A stretch of 57,656 nucleotides of DNA from Clostridiales bacterium UBA3953 (GCA_002385415.1 DGDL01000041.1:23345-81000), one strand, 5' to 3'. Counted from the stretch's first letter, positions 17,667 through 26,696 are shown. Numbers and translations: made by a program. Notes: generated by a model from the sequence alone, not told the origin.

Positions 17667-18629
17667 ATGAAGCAAATTGACGGAATTATAACCGCCGCCG
17701 TCGGCGGTCTTTACACTGTACGCTGTGACGACGGAGAGGTGCTGCGTTGTCCGGCAAGAGGCGTATTCAGGCATCAGGGCGTCACACCGCTGGTCGGCGA
17801 CAGGGTGACGGTCGAATATGACCCCGCGAGTTTGGCCGAAAAGCGCGTCGCGGAAAAAAGCACAGCGGCCACGCGCGGTTCGGCGTCCGACGGGTTTATT
17901 GCCGCAGTTCATCCCCGCCGGTCGGAGCTGGTCAGGCCGCCGGTCGCAAACATCGACCTGCTCTATATTACCGCGGCGGCCGCAAAGCCCGATCCCCAGC
18001 CGATCAGCATCGACAAAATGACCTGTGTCGCCGAACACAACGGAATCGAGCCGGTGATAATAGTGACAAAGCGTGACCTTGCGCCCGAGCGGGCGGACGA
18101 GCTTGCCGCCATATACAGGCTCGCGGGCTACACGGCTTTTGCGGTGTCGGTTACCGAAGGCAGCGGCGATATTGACGCTCTCCACAATTTTGTCAAAAAC
18201 GACGGCGCGGGCAAAATATCGGCGTTTGCGGGGGTTTCCGGCGCGGGCAAATCCACGGTGCTCGGTCATATCTATCCGCATTTTGCGCCCGAGGTCGGCG
18301 AGGTCAGCCGCAAACTGGGCAGGGGAAGGCATACGACGCGCACCGTCACCCTTTATGAAATCGAAGGCGGCGGATATATAGCCGATACGCCCGGCTTCAG
18401 TCTGCTGGATTTTATCCGTTACGATTTCATGGAAGTGGATGACTTGGATTATGCCTTCCGCGAGTTTCAGCCCTATCTCGGCCGGTGCCGATACAACGAC
18501 TGCTCGCACACGAAAGAGGAGGGCTGCGTCATTATCGAAGCGATCGAGGAGGGCAAAGTCGCGCGCACGCGCCACGAAAGCTATGTGACACTGTACGCCG
18601 AGCTGAAGTCCAAAAAACCGTGGAAATAA
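17667..18629 (+). CDS. rsgA: ribosome small-subunit-dependent GTPase A
   Basis: GVSGAGKST P-loop and the C-terminal zinc cluster CRYNDCSHTKEEGC. Confidence 0.9.
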   Translation: MKQIDGIITAAVGGLYTVRCDDGEVLRCPARGVFRHQGVTPLVGDRVTVEYDPASLAEKRVAEKSTAATRGSASDGFIAAVHPRRSELVRPPVANIDLLYITAAAAKPDPQPISIDKMTCVAEHNGIEPVIIVTKRDLAPERADELAAIYRLAGYTAFAVSVTEGSGDIDALHNFVKNDGAGKISAFAGVSGAGKSTVLGHIYPHFAPEVGEVSRKLGRGRHTTRTVTLYEIEGGGYIADTPGFSLLDFIRYDFMEVDDLDYAFREFQPYLGRCRYNDCSHTKEEGCVIIEAIEEGKVARTRHESYVTLYAELKSKKPWK

Positions 18630-18793
18630 ACCGCGGATGTGAGCGTGCCGGTCGCTCGTCCGCGGCTGAAAGTTCTTTGATAGACAAAGGTTTGCCGTGC
18701 GCTGTGGTGCGACGGGAATAGTTTTGCGGCATTTGCCTAAAATACATGCAGATGCCCAAAGCCGCGGTATAAGAGGGCGCGGCCCGGCGACAT

Positions 18794-18871
18794 CTACTTC
18801 TTTTTCCGCATAAAAAGTCTGCGGAGAAGCGGCCTTAAAATTCTCGGTGATTTCAAAACTATAATTTTCAT
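18794..18871 (-). CDS. spoVM: SpoVM-like sporulation micro-protein (25 aa), absent from the ORF track
   Basis: It translates to MKIIVLKSPRILRPLLRRLFMRKKK. B. subtilis SpoVM, recalled from memory, is MKFYTIKLPKFLGGIVRAMLGSFRKD. It lies near rsgA, as spoVM does in B. subtilis. The SD is weak. Confidence 0.5.
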   Translation of the reverse strand: MKIIVLKSPRILRPLLRRLFMRKKK

Positions 18872-18943
18872 GGCGCTATGTACGCTCGCTTTCTGCGGCA
18901 GGTTGCCGCGCAGTTGTTTGGAAGGTAAATTGCTTATTGCCTG

Positions 18944-19099
18944 TCAGCGAAAAAGAAAGATCAAAAGCCCAGCCGCGACCAAAGCTGCCGATTCCACAAT
19001 TATAAGCAGATGTACGGGCAGAAAGAAAGTGAGAAGTATCCCGCCGCCGAATGCTATTACCACCACACCCGCCGCCCGGCACAGATTTTTTGCTCTCAT
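18944..19099 (-). CDS. hypothetical 51-aa membrane micro-protein, absent from the ORF track
   Basis: A GGGAGG RBS lies 7 nt upstream of the ATG. The product is MRAKNLCRAAGVVVIAFGGGILLTFFLPVHLLIIVESAALVAAGLLIFLFR, with two hydrophobic helices. Confidence 0.45.
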   Translation of the reverse strand: MRAKNLCRAAGVVVIAFGGGILLTFFLPVHLLIIVESAALVAAGLLIFLFR

Positions 19100-19245
19100 C
19101 GCCACGCCTCCCGGTTACGGATTGTTTGTTATCAGTTTATGCCGCAGTGCCGATAGGGTGAAAAAATCGGCTACAGTGACACGAATTTTTTGAAAAACGC
19201 CCTTTTCTTGCAGAAAATCGGCAGAATACAAATATAAAGGTTTTT

Positions 19246-19845
19246 ATGAGATATATACCACCGAAACTAAACAATTCCGCCGGTGTGCTGTCGGGTCTGC
19301 TTGTTTTTTCGACAGCCGTCTGCCTGCTGCTTGCGGGCACGCCGAATATGCCGCGCGGAATACTTCATATATTTGCAGTAGGTTTTGCCGTTGCGGGCAT
19401 ACAAATTACGCAGCGCTTTGTTTTAACATACTTTGAATACGAGCTGCTAACCCGCAGTGTGCCGGGTAGCGGCACATACCATAACGATGGCATAGCCGTA
19501 GCGGCCGGAGCGGACGAGCAGCCGTTTGACGGAAGATACGATTTTTCGGTCGTGCGCGTTCAGGGCATGCGCCGCAAAACGGTTTGCAGCCTGTCCTGCA
19601 CGACACTCATTGACGTGTATGCCGGCGACAAAAAATCGCGCGAGGAAGCCGAGAAAAAACACGGTAAGCCGGCGATGGTCTATAATTTCAAGCGCAACCT
19701 GTTCGGCGCGCGGGTCGTATGCGCCCTATTCGAGTTCAACGACAAGCTCGTTGAGATAAGGCTTGAATGCAGCGAATCGTTTGAAAGCATGCTGCGCTCT
19801 CGGATTGGCGGCGCGACCCCGCGGCCGACCGAAAGGCTGGATTAG
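19246..19845 (+). CDS. hypothetical membrane protein
   Basis: 199 aa with two N-terminal hydrophobic segments and no recognisable motif. A hairpin terminator lies downstream. Confidence 0.5.
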   Translation: MRYIPPKLNNSAGVLSGLLVFSTAVCLLLAGTPNMPRGILHIFAVGFAVAGIQITQRFVLTYFEYELLTRSVPGSGTYHNDGIAVAAGADEQPFDGRYDFSVVRVQGMRRKTVCSLSCTTLIDVYAGDKKSREEAEKKHGKPAMVYNFKRNLFGARVVCALFEFNDKLVEIRLECSESFESMLRSRIGGATPRPTERLD

Positions 19846-19896
19846 CAGCGGATAAAAAGTCACGGACAGAGCGGAGACCCTCCGCTTCAGGAGAAT

Positions 19897-19928
19897 AACC
19901 CCTGTCGAGTTTATGCTCGACAGGGGTT
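19897..19928. terminator. bidirectional terminator between the convergent hypothetical gene and birA
   Basis: Perfect 13-bp stem AACCCCTGTCGAG / CTCGACAGGGGTT. Confidence 0.7.
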
Positions 19929-20793
19929 ATTTGCTTTCGGTATCTGTCTGTTTGTCGTCCGGTCGGATGCTGATTTCGCCGAAGGCGAGCGCCTCTTCCT
20001 CGCCGTCGTCATAGCGCACCAGAAGATGCAGCGAGTCGTCCAGCCCCAGCGCCAGTGCCGGCCTGCGACTGCTGCCGCAAATAACCGTTATGTGCTTGCC
20101 CGGTGTGGTGCAATACGATTTATACAGCCGCACAATCTCGGAGGGGTCGGCAGAGGGCAGCACATAAAGCTTTGCAAAGTTGCTCAGAACCGCGGCTGCG
20201 ACGCGGTCAGGCAGGTCGGCAGGCGGCACCTCGCCTTTAAAAAGCGCGCCGGCGGTGCCGGCGATATCGGCGGGAAAGCCGCCCTTAGGCCAGACAAGGT
20301 TAATGCCGATCCCGAGCACCGCAAAATCCAGACCGCCCGCCCGCGAGGCCGACCCTTCGGTGAGTATGCCGCAGACTTTTCGGTCGCCTATCAGCACATC
20401 GTTTACCCACTTTATGGCGGGACGGGTTGCAGCTGTGCTTTCAATGGCGCGGCAAACCGCTACCGCCGCCGCGGTGGTGATAAACTCTGGCTTTGCAAGC
20501 TCGTCCTGTGGGCGCAGCACAACGCTGAGATAAAGCCCCGTACCGCGCGGGGAATGAAACGCCCGTCCGAGCCGCCCTCTCCCCGCGGTTTGTCCGTCGG
20601 CGACAATCACTTTACCGGCGGCACAGCCTTCCGCCGCCATGCGTTTGGCTATCGTATTTGTAGAGTCAACCACACCGACGCACTCGACGGAGTAAAACTC
20701 TGCCGCGGGCGCGCAGAGCCGCGCGACTATGCCCGCCTCCGACGGTGGATGCAGCGTGGTATCCGATATGACGGGCTTTTCCGGGTTTTTCAT
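19927..20793 (-). CDS. birA: biotin--[acetyl-CoA-carboxylase] ligase (no obvious N-terminal HTH)
   Basis: The GRGRLGRAFHSPRGTGLYLS motif and KWVNDV are present; 288 aa. Confidence 0.85.
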   Translation of the reverse strand: MKNPEKPVISDTTLHPPSEAGIVARLCAPAAEFYSVECVGVVDSTNTIAKRMAAEGCAAGKVIVADGQTAGRGRLGRAFHSPRGTGLYLSVVLRPQDELAKPEFITTAAAVAVCRAIESTAATRPAIKWVNDVLIGDRKVCGILTEGSASRAGGLDFAVLGIGINLVWPKGGFPADIAGTAGALFKGEVPPADLPDRVAAAVLSNFAKLYVLPSADPSEIVRLYKSYCTTPGKHITVICGSSRRPALALGLDDSLHLLVRYDDGEEEALAFGEISIRPDDKQTDTESK

Positions 20794-21020
20794 AGTTTAC
20801 GCTCCGAAAAACGACATTTTACAGCGATTATACCATCTCCGTGATGTTGCGGTCAAGCAAAATGCCGCCTTAAAAGACATTCAGCTTGCTTGACTTGGGT
20901 CCGGCGTTGTGTTATAATGTTAATATAAACGTTACAATGGCTATTTTTGCGCTTAAAAAATGTGCATGTGAAGAATGCCGTACGCGGCGTTCTTCTGCTT
21001 TGACGGATAGGGAGCGGAAC

Positions 21021-23429
21021 ATGGATAAAACCGAGAATTTAACGGATTTGGGCGGGCTCGGACAGAGGTTTCTTGCCTTTAAACGAAAACTTTTCGACAA
21101 ACTTTATGAGTCGCTGAACGAAAGACAGCGGGAAGCGGTTTTCACCGTAAACGGGCCTCTGCTTGTGCTGGCAGGCGCTGGCAGCGGAAAGACGACAGTG
21201 CTTGTTCAGCGCATTGCATACATGATAAAGTACGGAAACTCGTATTTTTCCGACCGTTTGCCCGCAAGTCTTTCACAAGCCGATGTCGAGCGCCTTCAGA
21301 CCGCGCTTTCGTACGACCGAGAGGGCATGGAAGCCGTGCTCAGCGAGTACATCGAAAATCCATGCCCGCCGTGGTCAGTTTTGGCGATTACATTCACAAA
21401 CAAAGCCGCGGGCGAGATGAAAGAACGGCTTGCGGGGCAGCTGGGCGAAGATATTGCTTCCGATTTGTGGACCGGAACGTTTCACTCTGTCTGCCTGCGC
21501 ATGCTGCGCAAATATACCGAGCAGGCCGGCTATAAACCCGGGTTTACGATATGCGATACGGAAGACTCGAAACGCGTCTTTTCGCAGTGCTTTAAGGAGC
21601 TGAATATAGACGAAAAGCTGCTCCCCATCAAAACGGTGCAAAATACTGTAAGTCGCGCAAAGGACAAGCTGATAACACCGGCAGAATTTGCGGCTCAGGC
21701 AGGAAATGACCATAGGATGCGCCAAATGGCGGCGCTTTATACGCTTTACCAGCGCAAACTGCTCGAGTCTAACCTGCTTGACTTCGACGACATCATAATG
21801 AGCACCGTAATGCTGCTCAGAAACTGTGATGAGGCGCGCGAGTATTATCAAAACAAATTCCGGTATATATGTGTAGACGAATATCAGGACACAAACGTCG
21901 CCCAGCTTGAGCTTGTCCTGCTTTTGGCGGGCAAGCACCGCAATCTCATGGTTGTCGGCGACGACGACCAAAGCATCTACAAGTTCAGGGGCGCGACGAT
22001 TGAAAATATATTGACGTTCGACTCGCAGTTTCCGGACGCAAAGGTCGTTAAACTTGAGCAGAATTACCGTTCGACACAGAACATATTGACGGCTGCAAAC
22101 GCTGTGATTCGCAACAACATCGGCCGCCGCGGGAAAGAGCTGTGGACGGATGCGGGCTCAGGCGACCCGATTGTGGTCCGTAAACTGTCAAACCAGGTCG
22201 ATGAGGCGAAATTTATTATAAACAAAATCATGGAGCTGGTTATCCGCGAAAAGCGGAAATTCAGCGATTTTGCGGTGCTTTACCGCGTGAACGCACAGTC
22301 GAACAGCCTTGAACAGGTGTTTGCGCGCAGCGGCGTTGCCTATCGCATGATAGGCGGCACGCGGTTTTACGAGCGCAAAGAGATAAAGGACATCATAGCA
22401 TATCTCAGTGTTATAAATAATACCAGCGACGATTTGCGCTTGCGCCGGATTATAAACGAGCCGAAACGCAAGATAGGCGAGACCACCGTAAATCATTTAA
22501 TGGAGCTTGCCGACATACACAGGGTCCCGATGTTCGAGATCATGGAAAATGCGTCGGAATATCCGCAGATTTCAAAATCGGCATACAAGCTGCGCGATTT
22601 TGTGGAGATGATTAGAAAGCTGCAGACGCTCGAGGGAGAAGTGCCGCTGCACGAGCTTGTCGAGCAGACGGTAGAGGTAACAGGCTATCGCGCCATGCTC
22701 GAAGCCGGCGGCGAAGCGGAAGCCGAGCGGCTTGAGAACGTCAAAGAGCTTATCTCGAACGTCATTGCCTACGAGCAGTCGCACGACGAGCCGACCCTTT
22801 CCGGTTTCCTCGAGGAAACAGCGCTGGTTGCGGACATCGACAACTATGATAAAGATGCGGACGCCGTGGTGCTCATGACAATCCACAGCGCAAAAGGATT
22901 GGAGTTTCCGGTCGTGTTCATACCCGGGTTCGAGGAGGGGATATTCCCCGGAATCCAGTCGATTACCAATCCCGAGGAGCTGGAGGAAGAGCGCCGGCTG
23001 GCTTATGTGGCGATCACCCGCGCGCGTGAAAAGCTGTTTTGCCTGCATGTTAAGGAAAGGCTTTTATACGGTCATACCCAATATAACCAGCCCTCGCGGT
23101 TCATTTCGGAGATGCCGGATGAGGTTGTCGACCGCGAGACACCGCCCGATGTGGTCGAGAAAGCAAACGAGCAGCCGACCTCCTCACGCCAGCGAAAAAA
23201 TGTCATCTCAAAGGAATTTTTCCGCAAAACAGCGGTTGCCGGCGGCATAGGTCGTGCGTCATCCATCGAAAGGTTCGAGGCGGGCGACGAAGTGCAGCAC
23301 CTGACGTTCGGTCACGGCACTGTTATATCAGTGCAGGAGATGGGCGCCGATTTGCTGTACGAGATAGCATTTGACAACTTCGGCACGAAAAAACTGATGG
23401 CAACTTACGCCAAACTTAAGCGAGTTTAG
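21021..23429 (+). CDS. pcrA: ATP-dependent DNA helicase PcrA/UvrD family
   Basis: GAGSGKTT, DEYQDTN, QNYRST and VMTIHSAKGLEF motifs. The start is set at MDKTENL (21021), and the upstream track extension is Cys/Arg-rich. Confidence 0.88.
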   Translation: MDKTENLTDLGGLGQRFLAFKRKLFDKLYESLNERQREAVFTVNGPLLVLAGAGSGKTTVLVQRIAYMIKYGNSYFSDRLPASLSQADVERLQTALSYDREGMEAVLSEYIENPCPPWSVLAITFTNKAAGEMKERLAGQLGEDIASDLWTGTFHSVCLRMLRKYTEQAGYKPGFTICDTEDSKRVFSQCFKELNIDEKLLPIKTVQNTVSRAKDKLITPAEFAAQAGNDHRMRQMAALYTLYQRKLLESNLLDFDDIIMSTVMLLRNCDEAREYYQNKFRYICVDEYQDTNVAQLELVLLLAGKHRNLMVVGDDDQSIYKFRGATIENILTFDSQFPDAKVVKLEQNYRSTQNILTAANAVIRNNIGRRGKELWTDAGSGDPIVVRKLSNQVDEAKFIINKIMELVIREKRKFSDFAVLYRVNAQSNSLEQVFARSGVAYRMIGGTRFYERKEIKDIIAYLSVINNTSDDLRLRRIINEPKRKIGETTVNHLMELADIHRVPMFEIMENASEYPQISKSAYKLRDFVEMIRKLQTLEGEVPLHELVEQTVEVTGYRAMLEAGGEAEAERLENVKELISNVIAYEQSHDEPTLSGFLEETALVADIDNYDKDADAVVLMTIHSAKGLEFPVVFIPGFEEGIFPGIQSITNPEELEEERRLAYVAITRAREKLFCLHVKERLLYGHTQYNQPSRFISEMPDEVVDRETPPDVVEKANEQPTSSRQRKNVISKEFFRKTAVAGGIGRASSIERFEAGDEVQHLTFGHGTVISVQEMGADLLYEIAFDNFGTKKLMATYAKLKRV

Positions 23430-23500
23430 TTTTTGTTGCATTTTTTTCATGAGTTTTCTAAAAAAATTCAAAAAAACTTTATATTTCCAAAATAATCAAA

Positions 23501-23509
23501 TGATATAAT
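23501..23509 (+). promoter_or_regulatory. extended -10 promoter element in an AT-rich tract
   Basis: TGATATAAT is preceded by about 60 nt of A/T-rich DNA, and no coding gene follows on this strand. Confidence 0.4.
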
Positions 23510-23514
23510 ATATC

Positions 23515-23700
23515 GCGCGTGACTTGCAGCCGCCTGTTCGTCGATTTAAAACGAATGGGCGGCGCAAACGGTGAAAAGCGGAGTTTTATGGCACGGGCAA
23601 GTAAACCGGCCCGGCGCAGCGGTATAAAACCCCAAACAAAGCGCCGGTTGGCGACAAGGCAAGGGAGCGGCCGCAAACCGCGGCTACTACAATCTGCTCT
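23515..23700 (+). ncRNA. candidate stand-alone structured RNA of unknown class
   Basis: GC-rich and hairpin-rich: a 12-bp stem at 23529-23563 and a 7-bp stem at 23611-23647. It has no credible ORF and lies downstream of the orphan promoter. Confidence 0.3.
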
Positions 23701-23704
23701 CTGT

Positions 23705-24238
23705 CTACGTCATCAGCCAGCGCACAATGGCGCAGGCAAGCACCGCACACAGCGCGGTCACACAAAGGGCGGCAGGCAATGCGTGTCGCGCCTTTTTTGC
23801 CCCCACCGCGGAGAAATAAAGCGCGACAATGTAAACTGCCGTATCCGAGCTGCCCAAAATCACTGAAGCACAGCGTCCCGCATAGCTGTCAGGCGACACG
23901 CGCGACAGCAGTTCAGCGGCAAGCGCAGACGACGCGCTGCCCGATACCGGCCTGACCAAAAGCAATGTCGCAAGCTCGGAAGGTATGCCGAGTGCGGAAA
24001 GCACCGGCGTCGCTATCTTTGCAAGCAGTTCGGTCGCGCCGCTTGCATTGAACATTGCCACCGCGCACAACAGGGCTACGAGTGTGGGAAACAGCTTTAC
24101 AGCGGTCTCGATACCTTCGCGCGCACCCGAGACAAACGCATCAAAGTAAAGCTGTGACTTTTCGCGCCTGGAGAAAAGCAAAAGTGCCCCTACCCCCGCA
24201 AATACAAGCGGAACTACAACTCCTGCCGCAAAATTCAT
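23705..24238 (-). CDS. spmB: spore maturation protein B (nucleoside-recognition/GATE domain)
   Basis: 177-aa polytopic membrane protein that overlaps the stop of spmA by 4 nt, as in spmA-spmB pairs. Confidence 0.8.
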   Translation of the reverse strand: MNFAAGVVVPLVFAGVGALLLFSRREKSQLYFDAFVSGAREGIETAVKLFPTLVALLCAVAMFNASGATELLAKIATPVLSALGIPSELATLLLVRPVSGSASSALAAELLSRVSPDSYAGRCASVILGSSDTAVYIVALYFSAVGAKKARHALPAALCVTALCAVLACAIVRWLMT

Positions 24239-25068
24239 GGTTTGGCACTCCGTTTTGCTCGCGCATTGGTATAGCCGCCGGGCATACCCGCATCGCGCGC
24301 CGCGCCAAATATGTTTGCCGCGTCAGTGCCGTTTGATTTGGCGGTACTGTCCGCCGCGGCAGCCATAGTGGCCGCGCCCGATTTGTTTGGCGGTGCAGCT
24401 CCGTTTGCTGCGGCAAATTTTGCCGTGGCAACATTTCCGCTTTTTTTACCGGATAGCGTTTCTTTCATTTTATTAATATGCTTTTCCAATATTGTCGGCA
24501 AGCGTGCAAAAAGCACTGCCGCGACGGCGCAAATGCCCGAACAAATCCAAACGGGCACAAGAATCTCGTCGGGAGCTGCAGACCCGGCAGCCGTGCGCAG
24601 TGCAAGCAGGGTTGTCGGAATAATGTCAAGCGAAGCGGTTGAAAGTACGGCAAATGTCACCATTTCGTCGGTTGCCCGACCGCTTGCGGCAAACTCCTCA
24701 CCGCCGTTTTTCGCAAGCGCTTTCACCGCCGCGATGGAAAGCGGTGTAGCGGCGTTGCCAAGCCCCAGCATATTGGCAGTTACCGCCGCAGTGATCTCGG
24801 ATATGCCGTTTTGCTTGCGATAAGCGTCGGGGAAGACAAGCCGTAACAAAGGTGCCGCGAGCGCACCGAGCGCTCGAGTTGCGCCCGCCGCGTCGAGCAC
24901 GCGAATAATCCCATTCCAGAGCGCCATCGTGCCGAGCAGTCCCAGCGATACGGTAACGGCCGATGAGGCACCGGTCGCCACTGCCGCGCCGAGCTCTGCT
25001 ATTCTGCCTGTCGCCGCCGCGCAGATAAAAGACAACACACAAAGCACGCCGAAAACTTTACTTAACAT
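24235..25068 (-). CDS. spmA: spore maturation protein A with an ~80-aa Ala/Gly/Lys-rich C-terminal extension
   Basis: The first ~195 aa are SpmA-like (GLLGTMALWNGI..., ANMLGLGNAATPL). The rest is a low-complexity tail. Confidence 0.8.
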   Translation of the reverse strand: MLSKVFGVLCVLSFICAAATGRIAELGAAVATGASSAVTVSLGLLGTMALWNGIIRVLDAAGATRALGALAAPLLRLVFPDAYRKQNGISEITAAVTANMLGLGNAATPLSIAAVKALAKNGGEEFAASGRATDEMVTFAVLSTASLDIIPTTLLALRTAAGSAAPDEILVPVWICSGICAVAAVLFARLPTILEKHINKMKETLSGKKSGNVATAKFAAANGAAPPNKSGAATMAAAADSTAKSNGTDAANIFGAARDAGMPGGYTNARAKRSAKP

Positions 25069-25141
25069 GTTACAAATTACCGTCCAAATGTGAATTATAT
25101 ATTAAAATTGTAAAATATATATAAAAAAACAGCGTTATTGC

Positions 25142-25170
25142 TTGACTAAAATCCAAATAAATGGTAAAAT
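25142..25170 (+). promoter_or_regulatory. sigma-A-type promoter of abrB
   Basis: TTGACT at 25142-25147, a 17-nt spacer, then the extended -10 TGgTAAAAT with TAAAAT at 25165-25170. Confidence 0.55.
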
Positions 25171-25210
25171 TGGAAAAGCATGAATTGTGTAGAAAAATTG
25201 CATAAATTAC

Positions 25211-25217
25211 TGTCGAA
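25211..25217 (+). promoter_or_regulatory. Spo0A-box-like site (TGTCGAA) between the abrB promoter and start codon
   Basis: Exact match to the TGNCGAA 0A-box core. It lies within the near-tandem TTACTGTCGAAA / TTACTGTAAAC. Confidence 0.45.
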
Positions 25218-25251
25218 ATTTACTGTAAACATCTAAAGGAGAAAGCAATTA

Positions 25252-25500
25252 ATGAAATCCACCGGAATAGTCAGGAAGATTGACGAGCTTGGCCGTATCG
25301 TTCTTCCAATTGAGATTCGCAATACTATGGACATCAAGGCACGCGACGCTATTGAGATTTTCACCGACGATGATAAAATAATATTGAAGAAATACGAGCC
25401 GGCTTGTATTTTCTGCGGCAATGCGGACAATGTCACGTTTTTCCGCGGAAAACTTATCTGCCGTGAATGCCTGGAAAGTTTGCGCAGCACGATGGTGTAA
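25252..25500 (+). CDS. abrB: AbrB/SpoVT-family transition-state regulator
   Basis: The N-terminus MKSTGIVRKIDELGRIVLPIEIR matches the swapped-hairpin AbrB domain. An AAAGGAG RBS is present. Confidence 0.88.
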   Translation: MKSTGIVRKIDELGRIVLPIEIRNTMDIKARDAIEIFTDDDKIILKKYEPACIFCGNADNVTFFRGKLICRECLESLRSTMV

Positions 25501-25524
25501 GATTCCTGGATATACATAACGGTG

Positions 25525-25552
25525 GGCGCAACTGTAAAATTGCGCCTTTTTT
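25525..25552 (+). terminator. intrinsic terminator after abrB
   Basis: GGCGCAA / TTGCGCC stem followed by TTTTTT. Confidence 0.75.
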
Positions 25553-25616
25553 GATGCCGTATGCAAAGCTTATGATGGGACGCTTATGCTGCTGCTGCAG
25601 GCACCAATTCAAATCG

Positions 25617-25660
25617 AATTCCTCCGTTCGGATATGTATTCGAACGGAGGAATTTTTATG
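25617..25660 (+). terminator. second strong hairpin/terminator 65 nt downstream of the first
   Basis: 14-bp stem AATTCCTCCGTTCG / CGAACGGAGGAATT followed by a T-rich tract. Confidence 0.55.
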
Positions 25661-25744
25661 CGTTTTTGTATTTTTTACTGAATAAAACGTGTTTTGGTTG
25701 AGCATTATATATTCAGCAGGAATTAGGAAGGATGGGAATATTTA

Positions 25745-26677
25745 ATGGATAAGGAAAAAGGCGGCGCCGGACGTGGCAATCGCCGCGACGTCAGCAGGTC
25801 GGCGCTGATTATACTGGGCATAGTCGTTGTTGTGCTGATAGGCGTAACTGTTGTAACCCTCGTAAACATGGGCAAGCGCATCTGGGGCGATGTTACCGGA
25901 GCCGATGAGGGAGGTGGCGGCGCGGTATCCGATATCGTAAGACAGGGCTCTAACGAGACGATGCCGATACTCGGCAACACGTCGCCCGAAAGCGTAACTC
26001 CCTCCACCGGCAGCGGTGGACAGGGCGCAGAAGCCCCTAACCCCGGCAACATCTTGAGCGGTGCGGACGATGCGCCCGACGCCAAGGAGGCCTCGGCAGA
26101 CAATGATGAGGCAGAGGCTTCGGCCGACGCGGAGGCGCCCGCTGAAGAAGTCGTAGCGAACGACGAAAATGAAGGCGAAGCGTCGGAGGTCGGCGCAGAG
26201 CCGGCCGAACCGGTCAAAAAGGATTCGACACCGGTTTTCAACGCGCCGGTCCATGGTGCTATACTCAAAGGGCATGACGAGAATATCGCCGTCTACTCGC
26301 TTACGATGGGTGACTACAGGGTGCACCTCGGAGTGGACATTGAAGCCAATCTCGGTGACCCGGTATACAGCTGCGCCGACGGTGTTGTCTCGCAGATAAC
26401 CGAAGACCCCTTTATGGGCGTCAGTGTTGCCATATCTCACAGCAACGGATATGTGTCTTTTTACAAAAACCTCGCACCCGAACTTGCCCCGGGTATTAAA
26501 GAGGGAATGGCTGTGACAGCCGGTCAGATCATCGGAACGGTGGGTGAAACGGCGGCAGTGGAGATTGCCGACTCATCGCACCTGCATTTCGAGCTGACCG
26601 TTGACGGAGTCTGTGTCAACCCTGAGGATTATATCGATTTTCCGCAGGCGACGGCCCAGACTTTCGGCAGCGAATAA
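25745..26677 (+). CDS. M23 family metallopeptidase with an N-terminal membrane anchor (SpoIIQ-like architecture)
   Basis: A TM segment after a basic N-terminus, an acidic low-complexity linker, and M23 motifs HLGVDI and SHLHFEL. Confidence 0.8.
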   Translation: MDKEKGGAGRGNRRDVSRSALIILGIVVVVLIGVTVVTLVNMGKRIWGDVTGADEGGGGAVSDIVRQGSNETMPILGNTSPESVTPSTGSGGQGAEAPNPGNILSGADDAPDAKEASADNDEAEASADAEAPAEEVVANDENEGEASEVGAEPAEPVKKDSTPVFNAPVHGAILKGHDENIAVYSLTMGDYRVHLGVDIEANLGDPVYSCADGVVSQITEDPFMGVSVAISHSNGYVSFYKNLAPELAPGIKEGMAVTAGQIIGTVGETAAVEIADSSHLHFELTVDGVCVNPEDYIDFPQATAQTFGSE

Positions 26678-26696
26678 TCCGGCTGCATAAACAAAA

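Noticed and set aside
23519-23866. 115-aa ORF starting right after the orphan promoter.
   Set aside because: It is extremely Arg/Lys/Gln-rich with a GTG start and no SD, and it overlaps the 3' end of spmB in antisense. It is treated as non-coding (see the ncRNA candidate).
25467-25685. Cys-rich small ORF (…MMGRLCCCCRHQF…) between abrB and the M23 peptidase gene.
   Set aside because: It has no SD, and the ORF runs straight through a 14-bp terminator stem. It is most likely non-coding.
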